A DNA stretch of 63,072 bases, counting the filler, from Choristocarpus tenellus KU-1152 (Eukaryota; Protista; Phaeophyceae), in NCBI GenBank assembly GCA_964200185.2. It is 11 parts of 11 records of this genome, joined end to end, with 100 filler letters (N's around TTAATTAATTAA, not from the genome) between each part and the next. Parts side by side here need not be neighbours in the genome. Positions count along the whole stretch, not along the records: positions 40,501 to 43,879 come from CAXNAD020020426.1; positions 43,980 to 54,060 come from CAXNAD020003165.1; 9 more parts are not named here. The stretch is one strand, 5' to 3'. The position numbers and the translations under genes are program-made. The notes under the pieces were generated by a model. That model had not been told where the DNA came from, made no database searches, and was given only the letters and a program-made list of their open reading frames with translations. This document shows, in pieces, positions 40,620 through 53,187 of this stretch (within the stretch, counting starts at the first letter, position 1; every line of letters starts with the position of its first letter).

Positions 40620-41180
40620 CCTCAATTATTTCAAACTTCTACATGCACAACAGGTCTGTGTTGTACCCCTTGAAGTTTGCCTCAGGACACTTCACCCCCT
40701 TACCAAAGTCATGGTGGTACAACGGACTGTCGAGACACAAAATCATCTTCTTCCAGGGTACCTTGACACGAATGCGAGAGGGACACGTTTCACCATCCAC
40801 TGCATGAATATCCCATCATCCATTGACGTATGATAATCACCTTTACTTGTTCTAGCCTGCCACCACAATTCTTCTTTCTTAGTTTCAGTCATTTTTCAGG
40901 GGAGGCCTAGAATTCCACCTAAAAATACAATTATTTCCTCGCTGTAGACGTCTGGACCCTTGCTTGGTCTTTCCTCAGTCTCCTCCTCTTGTTTTCGGGC
41001 GTCCCCACGCATGCAAGTGCCTCTGAGACCGGCCGTCTCAACTTCTTGCTCCTGTTGTTTACTATCCTGGGACCTCTTCCTTGGGGCGCCAATAACTTGA
41101 GATTGACTTTGAGTCGGGAAAAACTCTCTTTCCAAGTTGTTTGTTTTCTTCTGCCCTCCCTAACCGCCAAGTAGGGCATT
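40620..41180 (-). pseudogene. Degenerate IS630/Tc1-like DDE transposase fragment
   Basis: The minus strand reads GRGPRIV ... KGDYHTSMDDGIFMQWMVKRVPLAFVSRYPG, then after a frameshift KMILCLDSPLYHH. This fits the GDYHxxM..F..W...IxxDNAxYH signature. Stops and frameshifts are present. Confidence 0.7.
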
Positions 41181-41940
41181 CTGTACTGTCCATGTCCGAT
41201 CTAGAAAAATCCTAGACCTATCAAGAACTTTCAAAAAGACCTCGATATTTGTGCGGACGTCAACTTAATATTCAGATATAGGTATCAACTGTTACACCAT
41301 CTTGAAGCTGAAATCATGGGCTTTCACCCCACCACATCATCACATGTAAACACGATATATAGAATGACATCGTTTATGTTGTTATGCCCACTGTTATATT
41401 TTAGATGTGTCATGGGAAAAGCCAAATCAATAGCACAAAGACCCCTGAAAAGTAACAGTTATCGTACATGTGAATGATACCTCTTTAAAATCAATTTACA
41501 ATTTGAATGCCAGCTGTGTATGCAACACTCCCTAAGAAGTTGGTAAATTACAATATTATGTGTACACTGCTGCTAAATCTCCAATCTAGCTTAGCCCTAC
41601 ACAACTGGGTGAGGAGGCAGGGAAGCATCCCAAGAATCTGACAGGCCCCTTCTAGCACATCTGCCTAGTGTATTATCTTTGAAGGCATGACAGTCAAAGC
41701 ATTAAAGAGGGTAGAGTCGTGTCCGTTTGGGATCCAAAATCCAATGTTGGGATTTTGATTAATTTTGGCTACCGTATTTATTAGCAAGTGGCAATATCCT
41801 TTCTCCGGACGACAGTCGCACACATTTTAGGTAACTGTTTTCACACAAAAAGTATTAAATAAAAACATGGCAACAAACAAACAGAGCAAAACTCCTACCC
41901 TCTTATATGATTTGGGTCTGACACATCTCAAGAGAGTCGC

Positions 41941-42715
41941 TGTTACAGGCGCCCCTCAGAACTCACCTCCACAGGATGTACAACTCAAATCCAACGACCT
42001 TAAAACGACGCTACGAGGGGGGTCCACAGGTGATAACCACGTACGGTGTCAGCTTGATGTTTAGCTCAGTCAATGTCTCACTTTCGCTTTATCAAAAGAG
42101 GATCATCAAAGAGGACTGAGAGGTAGTAGTCTACATCAGCCTTCTATTAGCATCATCCTCCAATGGTTCAAAGTATCTGGGGGGGAGGATGGCGGCTGTC
42201 CATTTGGGGCCAATTTTTCAATGTCACGATTTTTTGATGATTTGATTGCATACGTCGGATGGATAATGTAAGTGCACTTTTCCTGGTTATGCCCCAAACG
42301 GACACCCTGGTGTAGATCCCCCCCCTCCCCATATACTTTGGTCCAATTTTCTACAGCCAAAGAGTTAAATGAAGTCTGCAAACTGCTAAGTAGATACTTC
42401 AATCATGAATCTTCATTCTGCAACTTCCAGGAATTGACACCTATTCTGTAAGATTACGTAGGTATTCCGAATCTTACTCTGCGTCTCCTATCAAAATCAT
42501 CATTTATGCTGTAAGGCTACCTATGTGTTACTAATATCGTATATTGTTCGTACTTGTCAGAACTCGAGAAACAATCCTCACACTATATGTCTGTTACAAA
42601 TGTTCGTATTTCCTGAAACATAAGAAGAAAATGTTCGCGCTGCTATTCGCGTGTAACAAATGCTCGCACTTCGTTGAAATACAAGAAGAAACGCTCGTGC
42701 TATTCGCCTGTAACA
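41941..42715. mobile_element. Solo-LTR-like (or Ginger-like) repeat, ~590 bp without the nested MITE
   Basis: Termini TGTTACAGGCG...CGCCTGTAACA (TG...CA, 11-bp inverted repeat). Flanks tcgc/tcac give a 4-bp TSD with one mismatch. Homologous to 53655-54060 (opposite strand), 110-312, 1-65 and 28478-28563. Confidence 0.75.
42165..42344. mobile_element. MITE family B nested in the LTR-like repeat, 3-bp TSD AAT
   Basis: aat|GGTTCAAAGTATCTGGGG...CCCCATATACTTTGGTCC|aat. The empty site is visible in the paralogous repeat near 53890-53905. Confidence 0.9.
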
Positions 42716-44098
42716 TCACTTGTGTAGTGACAAACACTCTTTGTCGTGAGCGGGATTTTATAGCCCCTTTCCTGGTATAACCTACCATTCCTCTCTACCC
42801 TACTGCACGTGTAGCCAACTCATCCATACACTTTCTGATTACTAACCAAGGCACCCAAACTTTCCACTGCAAAGGTATTAAGGTTAAAACTACAATGGTA
42901 AAAAAAAAAGTCGTATTGGGGGCACTTTCGCGTCTCAGCTGCAGGAGCAGCGACACCATTGCTGATGGATGAGTGTGGCAGATATAGGATGCTGCTTGCA
43001 CTTCTGCATACGCAATATCCAGAAAGAGGCGTTTGTCCTGGCTGGGAGCTGATCCACCGTCCACAAGTGGCTCAGCATGGAAGACCACATCTACTCATAA
43101 ATTCCGATCCACTGTGAAAGGGCTACCATCCTCCGTGGTGCAGGGGATGCCCATTCCCTTGCAGAGTTAAACTAGACGCTTAATCAGTGGCGTGTGATGG
43201 CCTGTCTACCTGCCCTAGGGCAGGTACAAACATGTCGGGTGTCAACATTATGTCTCCTACAACCAGCCACTGGGCACCTGTTTGATAGGCCTCTTTCTTC
43301 CCTAGATATTTGCTGGGGCAGCGACTCTAAAATCTACGAGAGGGATCTGGTGTGTTGATTCCAGGGGTAGTATGGAGGCCCATGCATATACCCCTTGTCC
43401 ATACCAGCTCCGGTGGCGGGTCAGGGGTAGCAAAGATCTTTCCCTCCCTGACCGATTTTTAAATTCCGCTAAAAAGGAAATTTGAAAAGTGCATAGAAAG
43501 CGAGATTAACATATTGATTTGTGCTTCCGCAAAATATGAAGGAATGTAGTGTGTGGCACTTCTGACCACCTGTCGATCATCCTGGTCCAGTGTGTAGCAA
43601 ATAGTAAAAAATAGCAATAATATCACACTCCCACCATAACAATACATAGGTCGGCTTACGTGGAAAGCAGGGTTGTCTGTTATCATACCACTATTGCTGT
43701 ATGTCATGTACAGTCATACTAACTGAGGTTCCTAGTCAGGAACCCCCAATTCCAGTGGAGAATCCTTCGAATAATTGAGAGGCATGGAATCTTTTCAAGC
43801 GACCAATCCTACACAACTAGTGGGATCCTCTGCAATCAGGGTCAAAGTATCCGGGAGGGGGGGGGGGATCTACACAGATNNNNNNNNNNNNNNNNNNNNN
43901 NNNNNNNNNNNNNNNNNNNNNNNTTAATTAATTAANNNNNNNNNNNNNNNNNNNNNNNNNNNNNNNNNNNNNNNNNNNNTTTTTGTTGATTCCCCCCCCA
44001 CTCCCATATCATACCACCCTTGCCCCCCTGCCCCGTGGTGCCTACATCCGTGCCTGCCGTGTGTCTGTATGTGCACGTGCACTTAACTTCAAACACAG

Positions 44099-44437
44099 GC
44101 TAAGGCGGCAGAGGTGACTGCTGAGAAGAAAAGGCTTCGAGGGAAAGACTATGAGCCCCCAGAAGAGGACATCGCTCCTGTCACTGCCCACAGTCATGGG
44201 AAGGGTGCTGGGAGACAAGGGGATGCTGGCGGTGATGGGTCGCTTGATGTGAAATCGACATCGACAGTGCCAGCAGGAACAGCGGCAGCCTTCCGGGGTG
44301 GAGATCTCGAGCGACTAAAAAAGGGTTTCCTGAATGCTGGAGGTGGGGGCAAGGGTAGAGGTGGTAGGGGAGGGGGGAGTGCTGCAACTGTCGCGGAGGA
44401 CTTTGTCCAGCAGCCCAGAAAGAAAGCCAGGAGGTGA
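44099..44437 (+). CDS. Probable terminal exon, Gly/Lys/Arg-rich low-complexity C-terminus with NLS-like PRKKARR
   Basis: Acceptor cacag at 44098, open frame to TGA, GC-rich coding-like composition. No domain recognised. Confidence 0.5.
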   Translation, partial: AKAAEVTAEKKRLRGKDYEPPEEDIAPVTAHSHGKGAGRQGDAGGDGSLDVKSTSTVPAGTAAAFRGGDLERLKKGFLNAGGGGKGRGGRGGGSAATVAEDFVQQPRKKARR

Positions 44438-45689
44438 TTGGTACGGCAGGGTCTGGGGGCAGAGAGGAGGTGGTCAAGACGAAAAAGAAGAGGAAAGGGG
44501 AGGAAGTGCGTGCATTTTTTTTGCAGTCAGTCCCAGCATACGTTTTTGTCTCCTGTGGATTGGTGAGGGGGAGTGTGGAGGGGCGGAGGGAGATTTTGTC
44601 TGCTTTCCCGTACGCATACTCCAGTCACATGGCTTGAATTGTTTGCGTCCAGTGTCACTTGAAAGAGTTCAATGCACATTACTTCGACACTTCGCTGTAG
44701 GTGGTCAAGTGCTTATGTGCTTGTGAGCACTTCATACTTTTCGCAGAATATGTCATATCAGTGAACATGGCGTAGAGGGTGGATTTGTGAACATCTGTGT
44801 TAGATTTTTGTGATTGATTGACTGCTTTATTACGTACAACCTTGAGTGTATACAACCTATTGATTCATCGCCAGTGCGTCTACAATGTTGTTCATGTTAT
44901 GATGATGGTAGAAAGTCATTCGCCATTACAGCATGTGGGTGTGCAACCAGCACTCGGAGTCTCTGTTCTACACTTGTTTCCTTTCACTATGTTGCGACCA
45001 CAGCTGGGTAAGTGGGTGTCATTTACGGTGGGGGGCAAATGGTCGTGCTATTATTATACTACTTCCTGGAGTATTGTGTTATTTTGCACATGTGCACATA
45101 TTATAATATGTAAGCTCTTTGCTGGAGAAATTGCTGACAATGTAATATTATGGTTAGCACCATTAGCATCACAATTTTAATGAGTAGGCGTAACTGTCTG
45201 TCCAGGATGCTAAATTGCTAGGTACTCTTAACTATTAATTTAGCGAGTGTAGCAGGTTATCATGTTCGCAAAGATTTCAAAATGTATGAATTTAGAACAA
45301 GGTGACAATATGTGCACACTTCTTTCTGAAGTGATGGTGGGATGAAGTTGTAATATAGTAATGGGTGTCATTGCATTGTAGAATGTCATGTTCGCGTATC
45401 AGATTTATGAACTGCCGCATGGAAGACCTTCGTTTTGACCTCTGCTAGAGTTGGTTGTACTTTACGGATTGCTAGGATTGAAATGCCCAACAAGGCCTCC
45501 TCTTCACAAGGGACTCGTTGGTAACCACTCCCCACTCTAATTTGTCCTTTGGGAAAATATATTTTTAGCCAGTGTACACATCGTCACAATGAATATTGTT
45601 CTGAATGGTGTTTGAGGAGCCCACCTTTTTCTTTTTGTGATGTGAACGAGTTCACAAGAGCAGTAGAAGCATTGCTACTAATATGCTTT

Positions 45690-45869
45690 GCCTCAAAGTA
45701 TCTGGGGGGGGTGGTCGCTGTCCATTTGGGGTCATTTTTTTCATGTCGCTACTTTTGTGTGATTTGGTTGGATACTTCAGATGGATAGTGCAAGTGCCCT
45801 TTTCCTGGTTATGGACCAAATGGACACCCTGGTGCAGACCCTCCCCCCCCCCCTCAGATGCTTTGGGTC
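45690..45869. mobile_element. MITE family B copy
   Basis: GCCTCAAAGTATCTGGGG...CTCAGATGCTTTGGGTC, same internal sequence as the 42165 copy. Confidence 0.85.
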
Positions 45870-46308
45870 TCGCACCATGGCATACCTACTGTCACTACTG
45901 GTAATGGAACTATGGTTCTCCGACCAGGACCTGCTGCAGAAATCAGTACAGGAACAGCAGGCGGAGGTCAGATCTTTACAACAGGGGTAAAATGTAAACC
46001 TCAATCTCCCCCTGAGAAGTTGCCCAAACAGTTCAATGTAGCGGAAACGTTCATGCATGGACACCCAAAACTATATCTTTATTGAATTCTTGGTTGACTT
46101 GCTAAGTCTTGGGTGGGCGCAGTGCGCATATGTGTTTTTCCAACCCTGTAGTGCACAAACCTTTATGGGATTAGCTCGAGTTGATTGCATGGAAAAACTT
46201 TTTGTGTTCCAGCCCTGTAGAGGACAATCTTGCAAGTGACTCCCTCAAACTGATCACATGAGCATTCATGGGTTACCCACGGGACTGCCTGCCATTGTGT
46301 GCTGGCCA

Positions 46309-46489
46309 GGCTCAAAGCATCTGGGGGGGGGAGTGGCGACTGTCAATTTGGGGTCAAATTTTTCATGTCGCGATTTTCTTGTGATTTGGTTGCATACTTC
46401 GGATGGATAATGTAAATGCACCATTCCTGATTTTGATCCAGATGGACACCCTGGTGTAGACTCCCCCCCCCCCCCAGATACTTTGGGTC
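46309..46489. mobile_element. MITE family B copy
   Basis: GGCTCAAAGCATCTGGGG...CCCCAGATACTTTGGGTC. Other partial copies lie at contig ends: 10788-10808, 16502-16570, 43839-43879 and 54183-54361. Confidence 0.85.
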
Positions 46490-48613
46490 TTTCACTTACA
46501 TTACTTCAGAGTTCTATTCGGTAACCTTCTCTTCGGTCGACCAGGAAGTAATGTCGAGAAGGACGACAAAGTCTAAATTTTAATACTTGAAAAGAGTATG
46601 TATTGTGTGCACTAATTCTCGAAGTATAATAAGTAGAAACCAAATATTTTGTGTGTGATGATCAGCGAACAATTTCGGAAGTACAGTAACAGGGACAGTG
46701 TGACTGGCTATGAGTACTACACAGTTGTCAGTCCACTCATCCACCCTGCCATGTACCTACAATGAAAAAACTAGGTTAGCAACAAATGCCTTTTGGGGGG
46801 GGCATTCGTATGCTTGAGTAGAGTGCTACAACACCTACGAGCTGGACATATCTCATTTCCAACTGTTCTGCATCTATCTGCCTTATCCGTTCTCCACTGG
46901 CGAACAGCAGAACATCATCAGCAGACATCAAGTACTCTATACATAGTGCATTTTTACTAACAGTCACACGGTAAGAAGTTACATGCTAATTATATGTTGA
47001 ATGGTCTCCCCTGTTGTGACGCTCTTGAATATTAGAAACAGTCACAAAACGCTACATCCTCCTTGAATACGACAAGAAACCCGGCCCACCTTCCCTCCTT
47101 TCTTTCCCAGGCACTGACTGGATAGCAAGCACTTACTTGTCTATAGGACCTCATGCCTCTCGTAATACTACTGCGACCTATCTGCAACTAACCTTTTGTA
47201 ACATACTTCCTGTTACCAACCCCCCATCGTCTACCCTACATCTTCTTATGTGTACACAGCATGTAATAATTGACACTTCATCATCACTGCTTATAGCTAC
47301 CCGCTACCCAATTGGGGGATCAGGGGGAATGGTATATGAGACAGTAGCTAGCAGACGGGAAAAGGCACTCCTGTTGAGCTTCGATTATTCTATTGTAGAT
47401 TTCGTTGAACAAGACTCCCTTCATACCCTCTCCATCATCAAGCGAGTGCTAAATGATTTCAAAGTTTCTCCACTTATCACTTTCCCTCTACTGGCGCACC
47501 ACCAGGCCAGCTATCAGTCAGGAGAGAAAGGTTCAGAGCTAGGTGCAATGTGAAGTGCTTTCTACAATCATTCACTCACCAGAGTTCACCCCACAATACA
47601 TGTGTAGGCTTGCTAACAAAGCGGAAAGAGTTCTCCTTGCATCAGCTAACTAGCGCAGGGAATAACAAGGGCTTCCATTCATTGGTTTTGCTTCTTTCCA
47701 TAATCCGTTCCTATCTAGCGACACCTCACCATTTCTTTATCGGTACTACAACATAGTGGTGTTAATTGGTAGCCTTAGCATGGGAACTATCCCGGTCCAT
47801 GGTCAAACACACAACTGCACAACTTCACTGCCTTCTGTAACTAAGTGTTGCAGTACTAAATACTACACTGCACCAGTTGGTGCCTTGCTTTTTGTGTATT
47901 ATGTTCAGTCATCTCTGCGAGATTAATTGTTCTTGGAGTGCAAGAAATGTTAACATTCACTGCGAACTAACTCGACTTAGCAGTAGTATCACGTTAGTGC
48001 TTCGTATATGTCAGTGGAACAACAACTGGCGTCATCCTCCACACTACGCATATTCCATCTCTGTGTCTGCGTGTAATAGGTGGTCAGAGCTTCGTATCCT
48101 ATCTGGCGATGCACACAACAAGAGTAATATGCCGTAGTAGTAAAATTAGTAGACTACTGTACTTACTACTGTAATATTTTTGAGTTGATTAACGTATTGG
48201 GTGCAGGGGAAGAGGACCCTTCACATCGTACTAAGTAGTCCAAAAGTAATAGATCTATCAACCGAAAGATACATGGTACAGCACACATGCATTCACACAA
48301 AATGTTAGAGGGGGGAACACATGCATCCTTCAAATGTACGTAGTACATGTTACAGCACAGCTTCGTCATCACCGTGGCATACACCCATATACCACCTATA
48401 CTTGGTATTATGCATACATGTAGAAATCAATATTGGTTTGAAAGGCCTGCGAGCAATATATAGTCGTATATAGTGCAATGCACACGAGAAGTATTTCAAA
48501 CAGAGAAAGATGCAAGGAGTCATCAGCCATCACTTTCACACACACACGGACACACACACAGCCACATGATGTTAAAGGGGGGTGTCGTGAATATTTTTGT
48601 GTCTTTCGTGTCT

Positions 48614-48872
48614 GAGCCAAAGTATCTTAGAGGGTAGAGCCGCGTCCAACTGGGACCCAAAATCCAATGTTGCGTTTTCGATGTAATTTTGGCTATCGTG
48701 TTAGTTAGGATGTGTCAATGTCCATGTTCCAGACACATATTTTCATAATGTATACATTTTATCTACTCCGAAACATTTTGGAGTAGGAAAATGTCGTAAA
48801 AATACCCATGAGAAGCCAAGCCCCAAATGGACAAACAGGGCAAAACTCGTACCCTCTAAGATACTTTTACTC
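48614..48872. mobile_element. MITE family A, full copy, 4-bp TSD GTCT
   Basis: GAGCCAAAGTATCTTAGAGGGTA...TACCCTCTAAGATACTTTTACTC, flanked by gtct...gtct. Confidence 0.9.
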
Positions 48873-50770
48873 GTCTAACTTCTGGCAGAACAAGTGTTTC
48901 TAGTACTCCAGCGACTTCGTGCTTATTATGTGATGAACGCTCATGTTCTCTTCTACAGTCAAAGGCTCATGAGGGAGGATGGCAGGTTTTCAGGGGTGGG
49001 AATGGGAATGGGAATGGAGATGTCAGGCAGAGACGGTTAAGTCCTACGTGCTCAAAAGGGCCTAAATTACTCCCTTCTAGGAAACGATGTCTCTCTCTCC
49101 CTCTATCACACACATGCACGATTGAATATGGTACAGTGCAAGATCTGTGGACAGGGAATTTAGATTCAAAGTAACCGAGATTGAGGTGCCACCGTGTTAT
49201 AAGTAAGGGCCCTTCTTACTTTCCGGTGGCATATCCTCTTGGGCATACAGTCCACACCTGTGGAGTACTTTTCTCTTTTGTGAGTGCATTCAGTTTGCAG
49301 AATCAAGTTATCCTTATAGATGCCCTTTTTTTATGCCTTCATCTTCTTTTAACAAAGAAGTTGAAAAAACATTCGAGGCTCAAAACGGTCAAAACACGCG
49401 TACCCCTCTCGCTTAATTTAACTCTTCTAAAACACTACGGAGGATGAGCTGAGGAAGGAAGCAAAGTCAAGTTGCAGATATTGGAATTGTGGAGTAAAAT
49501 GAACGTGAGGATGTGAGAACGTGAGAATATGAGAATGTGGGAACCAAGGTCTGATATTTTTGTGTGTGTGGTAAGAATGTAGTGAGCAAAGATACTTGGC
49601 ATACACACAGAAAAAAGCACGTTCTCTTGTGAGAAAAACTTGTTCGTATCACGTAAACCAAGATTGAGTTGGAGGTAGGTAGATGTAACCGATTCAATCA
49701 ATGACCTCATATACACTTCACAACTTCAATACTGGTAAGGAGGGTGTAAGGGCGGAAAGCCGCTACGACCGCGAGACTGTATCTTTCAATTCGTGTACGA
49801 CGTACAGTGCTTTGAGCATGTAACAATTATTATCCTTTTTTATTGGTTCACAAATTGTGTCAGGTTTAACTAACCCACTTTTCTCTCTAGATGATGCAGA
49901 GATTGTTTGAACATTAAACATCCTACTATATATACAGGAGTTGGTTATATCCCAACTTCCATCAACCTAACATTTCTTAACTGCTTGACCTAAGCTGTGC
50001 GTCAGTTGGATACTGAGTCAAGATTGAAAATAAGAAGTAGATGCATCTATGTCCCCCACAACACCAAAGGCGGACACCAGAAACACTATGCTTGGTCGAG
50101 GCAAGTAGAGTAGTACGAAATACTACTCATCTGTAAACTGTCCACACGTGAATGACCGCTGATAGACGTCAGGTTGTTACCGAGTGTACACACAGATTTG
50201 GTTCCGGCTAGGCTCTGACTCAGTCGGAAGACATGGATATGGTAGATGTACAGGGTTCCCCCTTGTCTTATCTTCTATCACTCTCGTATTCATGTGTGTT
50301 TTGACCAAGATTATACTCAACAGTAGATAATACCGTGTCACGTTCATCAGCTCTTATTTGTATTTTGCTGAGGGAGCAAGGAATTGTACAGAGCGCCATC
50401 AGCATCAATAGACTACGAGAACAAGGCCAGTACGACGAACTCATTAGGGGATCACTGGGTCGAAATCTCCCTTCTTTTATTTCACAGAGAGGTTCTCTCT
50501 CTACACCACAAGAAGGCAGTAGGGTGACAATAATGACACCAAAGTCTCACTGGGAACCCTCACGTCAGTATTGTAGGTGGGCACATTGGTGGTACCCTGG
50601 CCCTCTCCTCCTTTCTATTCATTGCGGGTTCGGCCTGCCTCCAGCCTTTACAGATTTTGTTACAGGACATGTATGTCGACAGCACCCTGCAACCCTGACC
50701 AACATCGAGCATGCTATCCTTGCGTAAGGAGTCGTGAGTGAGAGGGGATAGCTTGCTGAGACATGTCCTT

Positions 50771-52026
50771 GTCACCTCTGCTCGAAGGAACCTTCGTCTT
50801 CCGTTCGACCTGAGGACAGACACCCCTGGTCGCAATGTGACCCTACTTGTTGAGCGCTCCCCCTTGCTTGCTTGGCTTTACGAGTTATAGTAGCCTCAGC
50901 GGCTGTTATTGACGATATCATTGGGTTGGCAGATTGGCAAGTAGACAAGAGAGTAGTTAGAATAGAAGGGTGGTACTCATAGGAGCTCCGACAGATGAAT
51001 GTATATCTTAGTTGGAGATTGCAGTAAAATAGTGGTGATAAGACGAGGTTGATTGAGCTCGTTGCAGCTCAGTACTGGGAGTGAGGGACACCTAAACTTG
51101 AAAAGGACTGCATGGCAATCAATCATTGTTGTTCATGCTGGGATGTTGACCTAGACAGTGGTACTTGAAACATGTCAGAGACTTTTTGCCTAGAAAGGAG
51201 ACACACAGTAAATGTTCAGACTCGTGGTTATAAACACATGACAAGAATGAGGAGAGCACAATGTATATATTAGAGGTGCATATCCCTGTCACCTGCGTTC
51301 ACCTTTGAATCGGGTCTCCCATAGCCTTTTCTTTAGGACATCCAGGCCCCCCGTATCGTGATCCCCGCGACTGAGCAAGCCGTGTCCTCCCCAGACGCCA
51401 GGATCCCTTTTCCTGGTCGTTCCTTTCCCTACCCAGGAAGACGGAACCCGCTCCTTCGTTGCTTGCCCTCTATCCACTAAGTTGGGTTCGCTCTGGGAGG
51501 ACGAACCTATTTCTATGTCCAGACAGTCGCCTAGCTCCAATGCCAGCGGCGTGCAACGCCGTCTCGTGATATCTGGCCAGGATGTAACTGCCAGCGAAGG
51601 AGAGCTTACGCCAGTCCTCGGGTTGGATTGGACGTTGATACCTGCTATGTCTCGGTCTCCTTCTGAGAGCGAGATTAAGGAGGGTTCCTCGCAGGCCTCT
51701 TCCTCTTTACGTGCAACCCTAAACGACGCCTCAAGTTTTTCATTCAGCTGCGAAATTGGAAATGGGAGGTCAATGGAGAGAAAGTATCGAAGACGAACGT
51801 TTGGTCGGTGCTACATTAATCAATATTGGGTTATTCACAACTGACCCTACACCGCTTGCCGTCGATGCACTCTAGACTATTTATACTTGTTAGTGGATTG
51901 AGAGATAACCAAGGGAATCCATCACACGAAGGATAATCAGACCGTGTTAATTGACCTATTGAATTAACTCACCACCTTAAAGTCGGCCGAGTTTGCCTCA
52001 AGTTTGGCCATCAAATGGGTGCTCAT
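50771..52026 (-). CDS. 5' exons of a hypothetical, largely disordered protein
   Basis: Exon 52026-51973 (MSTHLMAKLEANSADFKV|gtgagt) splices in phase to an exon from 51747 (tttcgcag|LNEKLEASFRVARKEEE...LKKRLWETRFK). A further plausible exon lies at ~50902-50771. Confidence 0.45.
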
Positions 52027-52566
52027 CGAGAACCAAGATCCACAGAACACGGCAACAGGTTCTGCAGGCAGTAGTAGGTTCTTGGTTAGGCGAAAGGAGG
52101 AGTTTGTGGTGTTGAGTTAATTCATTGAAACTCAGACCTCAATAAGTTCCTTAAGCGAGGAGAGCGAAACGGAGAGCGAAAACACGACGTCCTATTATCC
52201 ACAAGTAACATGGATAATGAGAAGTCCTACGTAACAGAAAATCGTAGATAAGTTGTACATGAACAATCGTTCAAGCACAAGTGGAAGTTCCATCCTATAT
52301 ATAATCCCTATATAAAATACGAAAGACGTAAGAAAGGGAGGAAAAGACCACAAACATGACCTTGTCTACATCACAAGTTGTGTATGGTGCTGAATCTTAA
52401 AAATAACTTGAAAATAAATATTGATGTGAACATTTAAGTAATTCTCATACAAATAATTTTATACCTTACATGCGCGAATCGTGCGATGATGTGACCACAA
52501 GGTTCACTTTGAGAAGGACAGCGCTTCGTACAAGCAATGTACGTGGGAATAGGTCTGCTTGGCCTA

Positions 52567-52783
52567 GACCCCACAACCAAAATTCTTTCCAAATTCCAGA
52601 GAATGAACATGATGAAGGCATTTTAGGCAGCTGGAGTTGGAAATTGTAGGCATTGCGGAGGGCGCGGGAATAGGGGTGCTTGCTTGGACCCCACAATCAA
52701 AATTCTTTCCGAATTCCAGAGAATGAGCATGATGAAGGCATTTTAGGCAGGTGGAGTTAGAAATCGTAGGCATTGCGGAGGGG
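52567..52783. repeat. Tandem duplication, 120-bp period, about 1.8 copies
   Basis: GACCCCACAAYCAAAATTCTTTCCRAATTCCAGAGAATGARCATGATGAAGGCATTTTAGGCAG...GGCATTGCGGAGGG starts at 52567 and again at 52687. Confidence 0.95.
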
Positions 52784-53115
52784 TAGGGCAGGGTGCAGAA
52801 GGCAGATAACAGTCCAGTGGTGGAACCAAGACCATTTCCATGTACCGTCCATCTTATGTAGGGGAACCCTCCCATAAATAATATAATTGATTCATAAGAG
52901 TTCCCCTTGGAATGTTTAGGTAGAGTTCAGCTGCTGGTGGTAGGATATTGGAACACACAATCAGGGAGCACATGGAGCAAGCAGTGCAAGAGGTTGATGT
53001 TTTCAAGATTGCGGGAGGAGGTACACACCCATCATTTTTCTTGTTATACATTCTGTCCATGTAGTTGGTTATACAATTTAAATAATACACACTGTACCTG
53101 ATAGAACAAGAAGCG

Positions 53116-53187
53116 GTTTTCGTGGTATAATGGTTAGCATTCGACCCTGTCACGGGCGAGATCCGGGTTCGTTTCCCGGCCAGGTCG
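53116..53187 (+). tRNA. tRNA-Asp(GTC)-like sequence, probably a pseudogene or SINE head
   Basis: A-box TGGTATAATGGTTAG, anticodon loop CTGTCAC and a perfect T-arm CCGGG-TTCGTTT-CCCGG. The acceptor stem GTTTTCG/CCAGGTC has two mismatches and the anticodon stem has an A-G mismatch. Confidence 0.75.

Noticed and set aside
45781-45990. Short ORFs overlapping MITEs (also 8603-8836, 18644-18844, 26631-26861, 54257-54629)
   Set aside because: Chance frames inside non-coding repeats.
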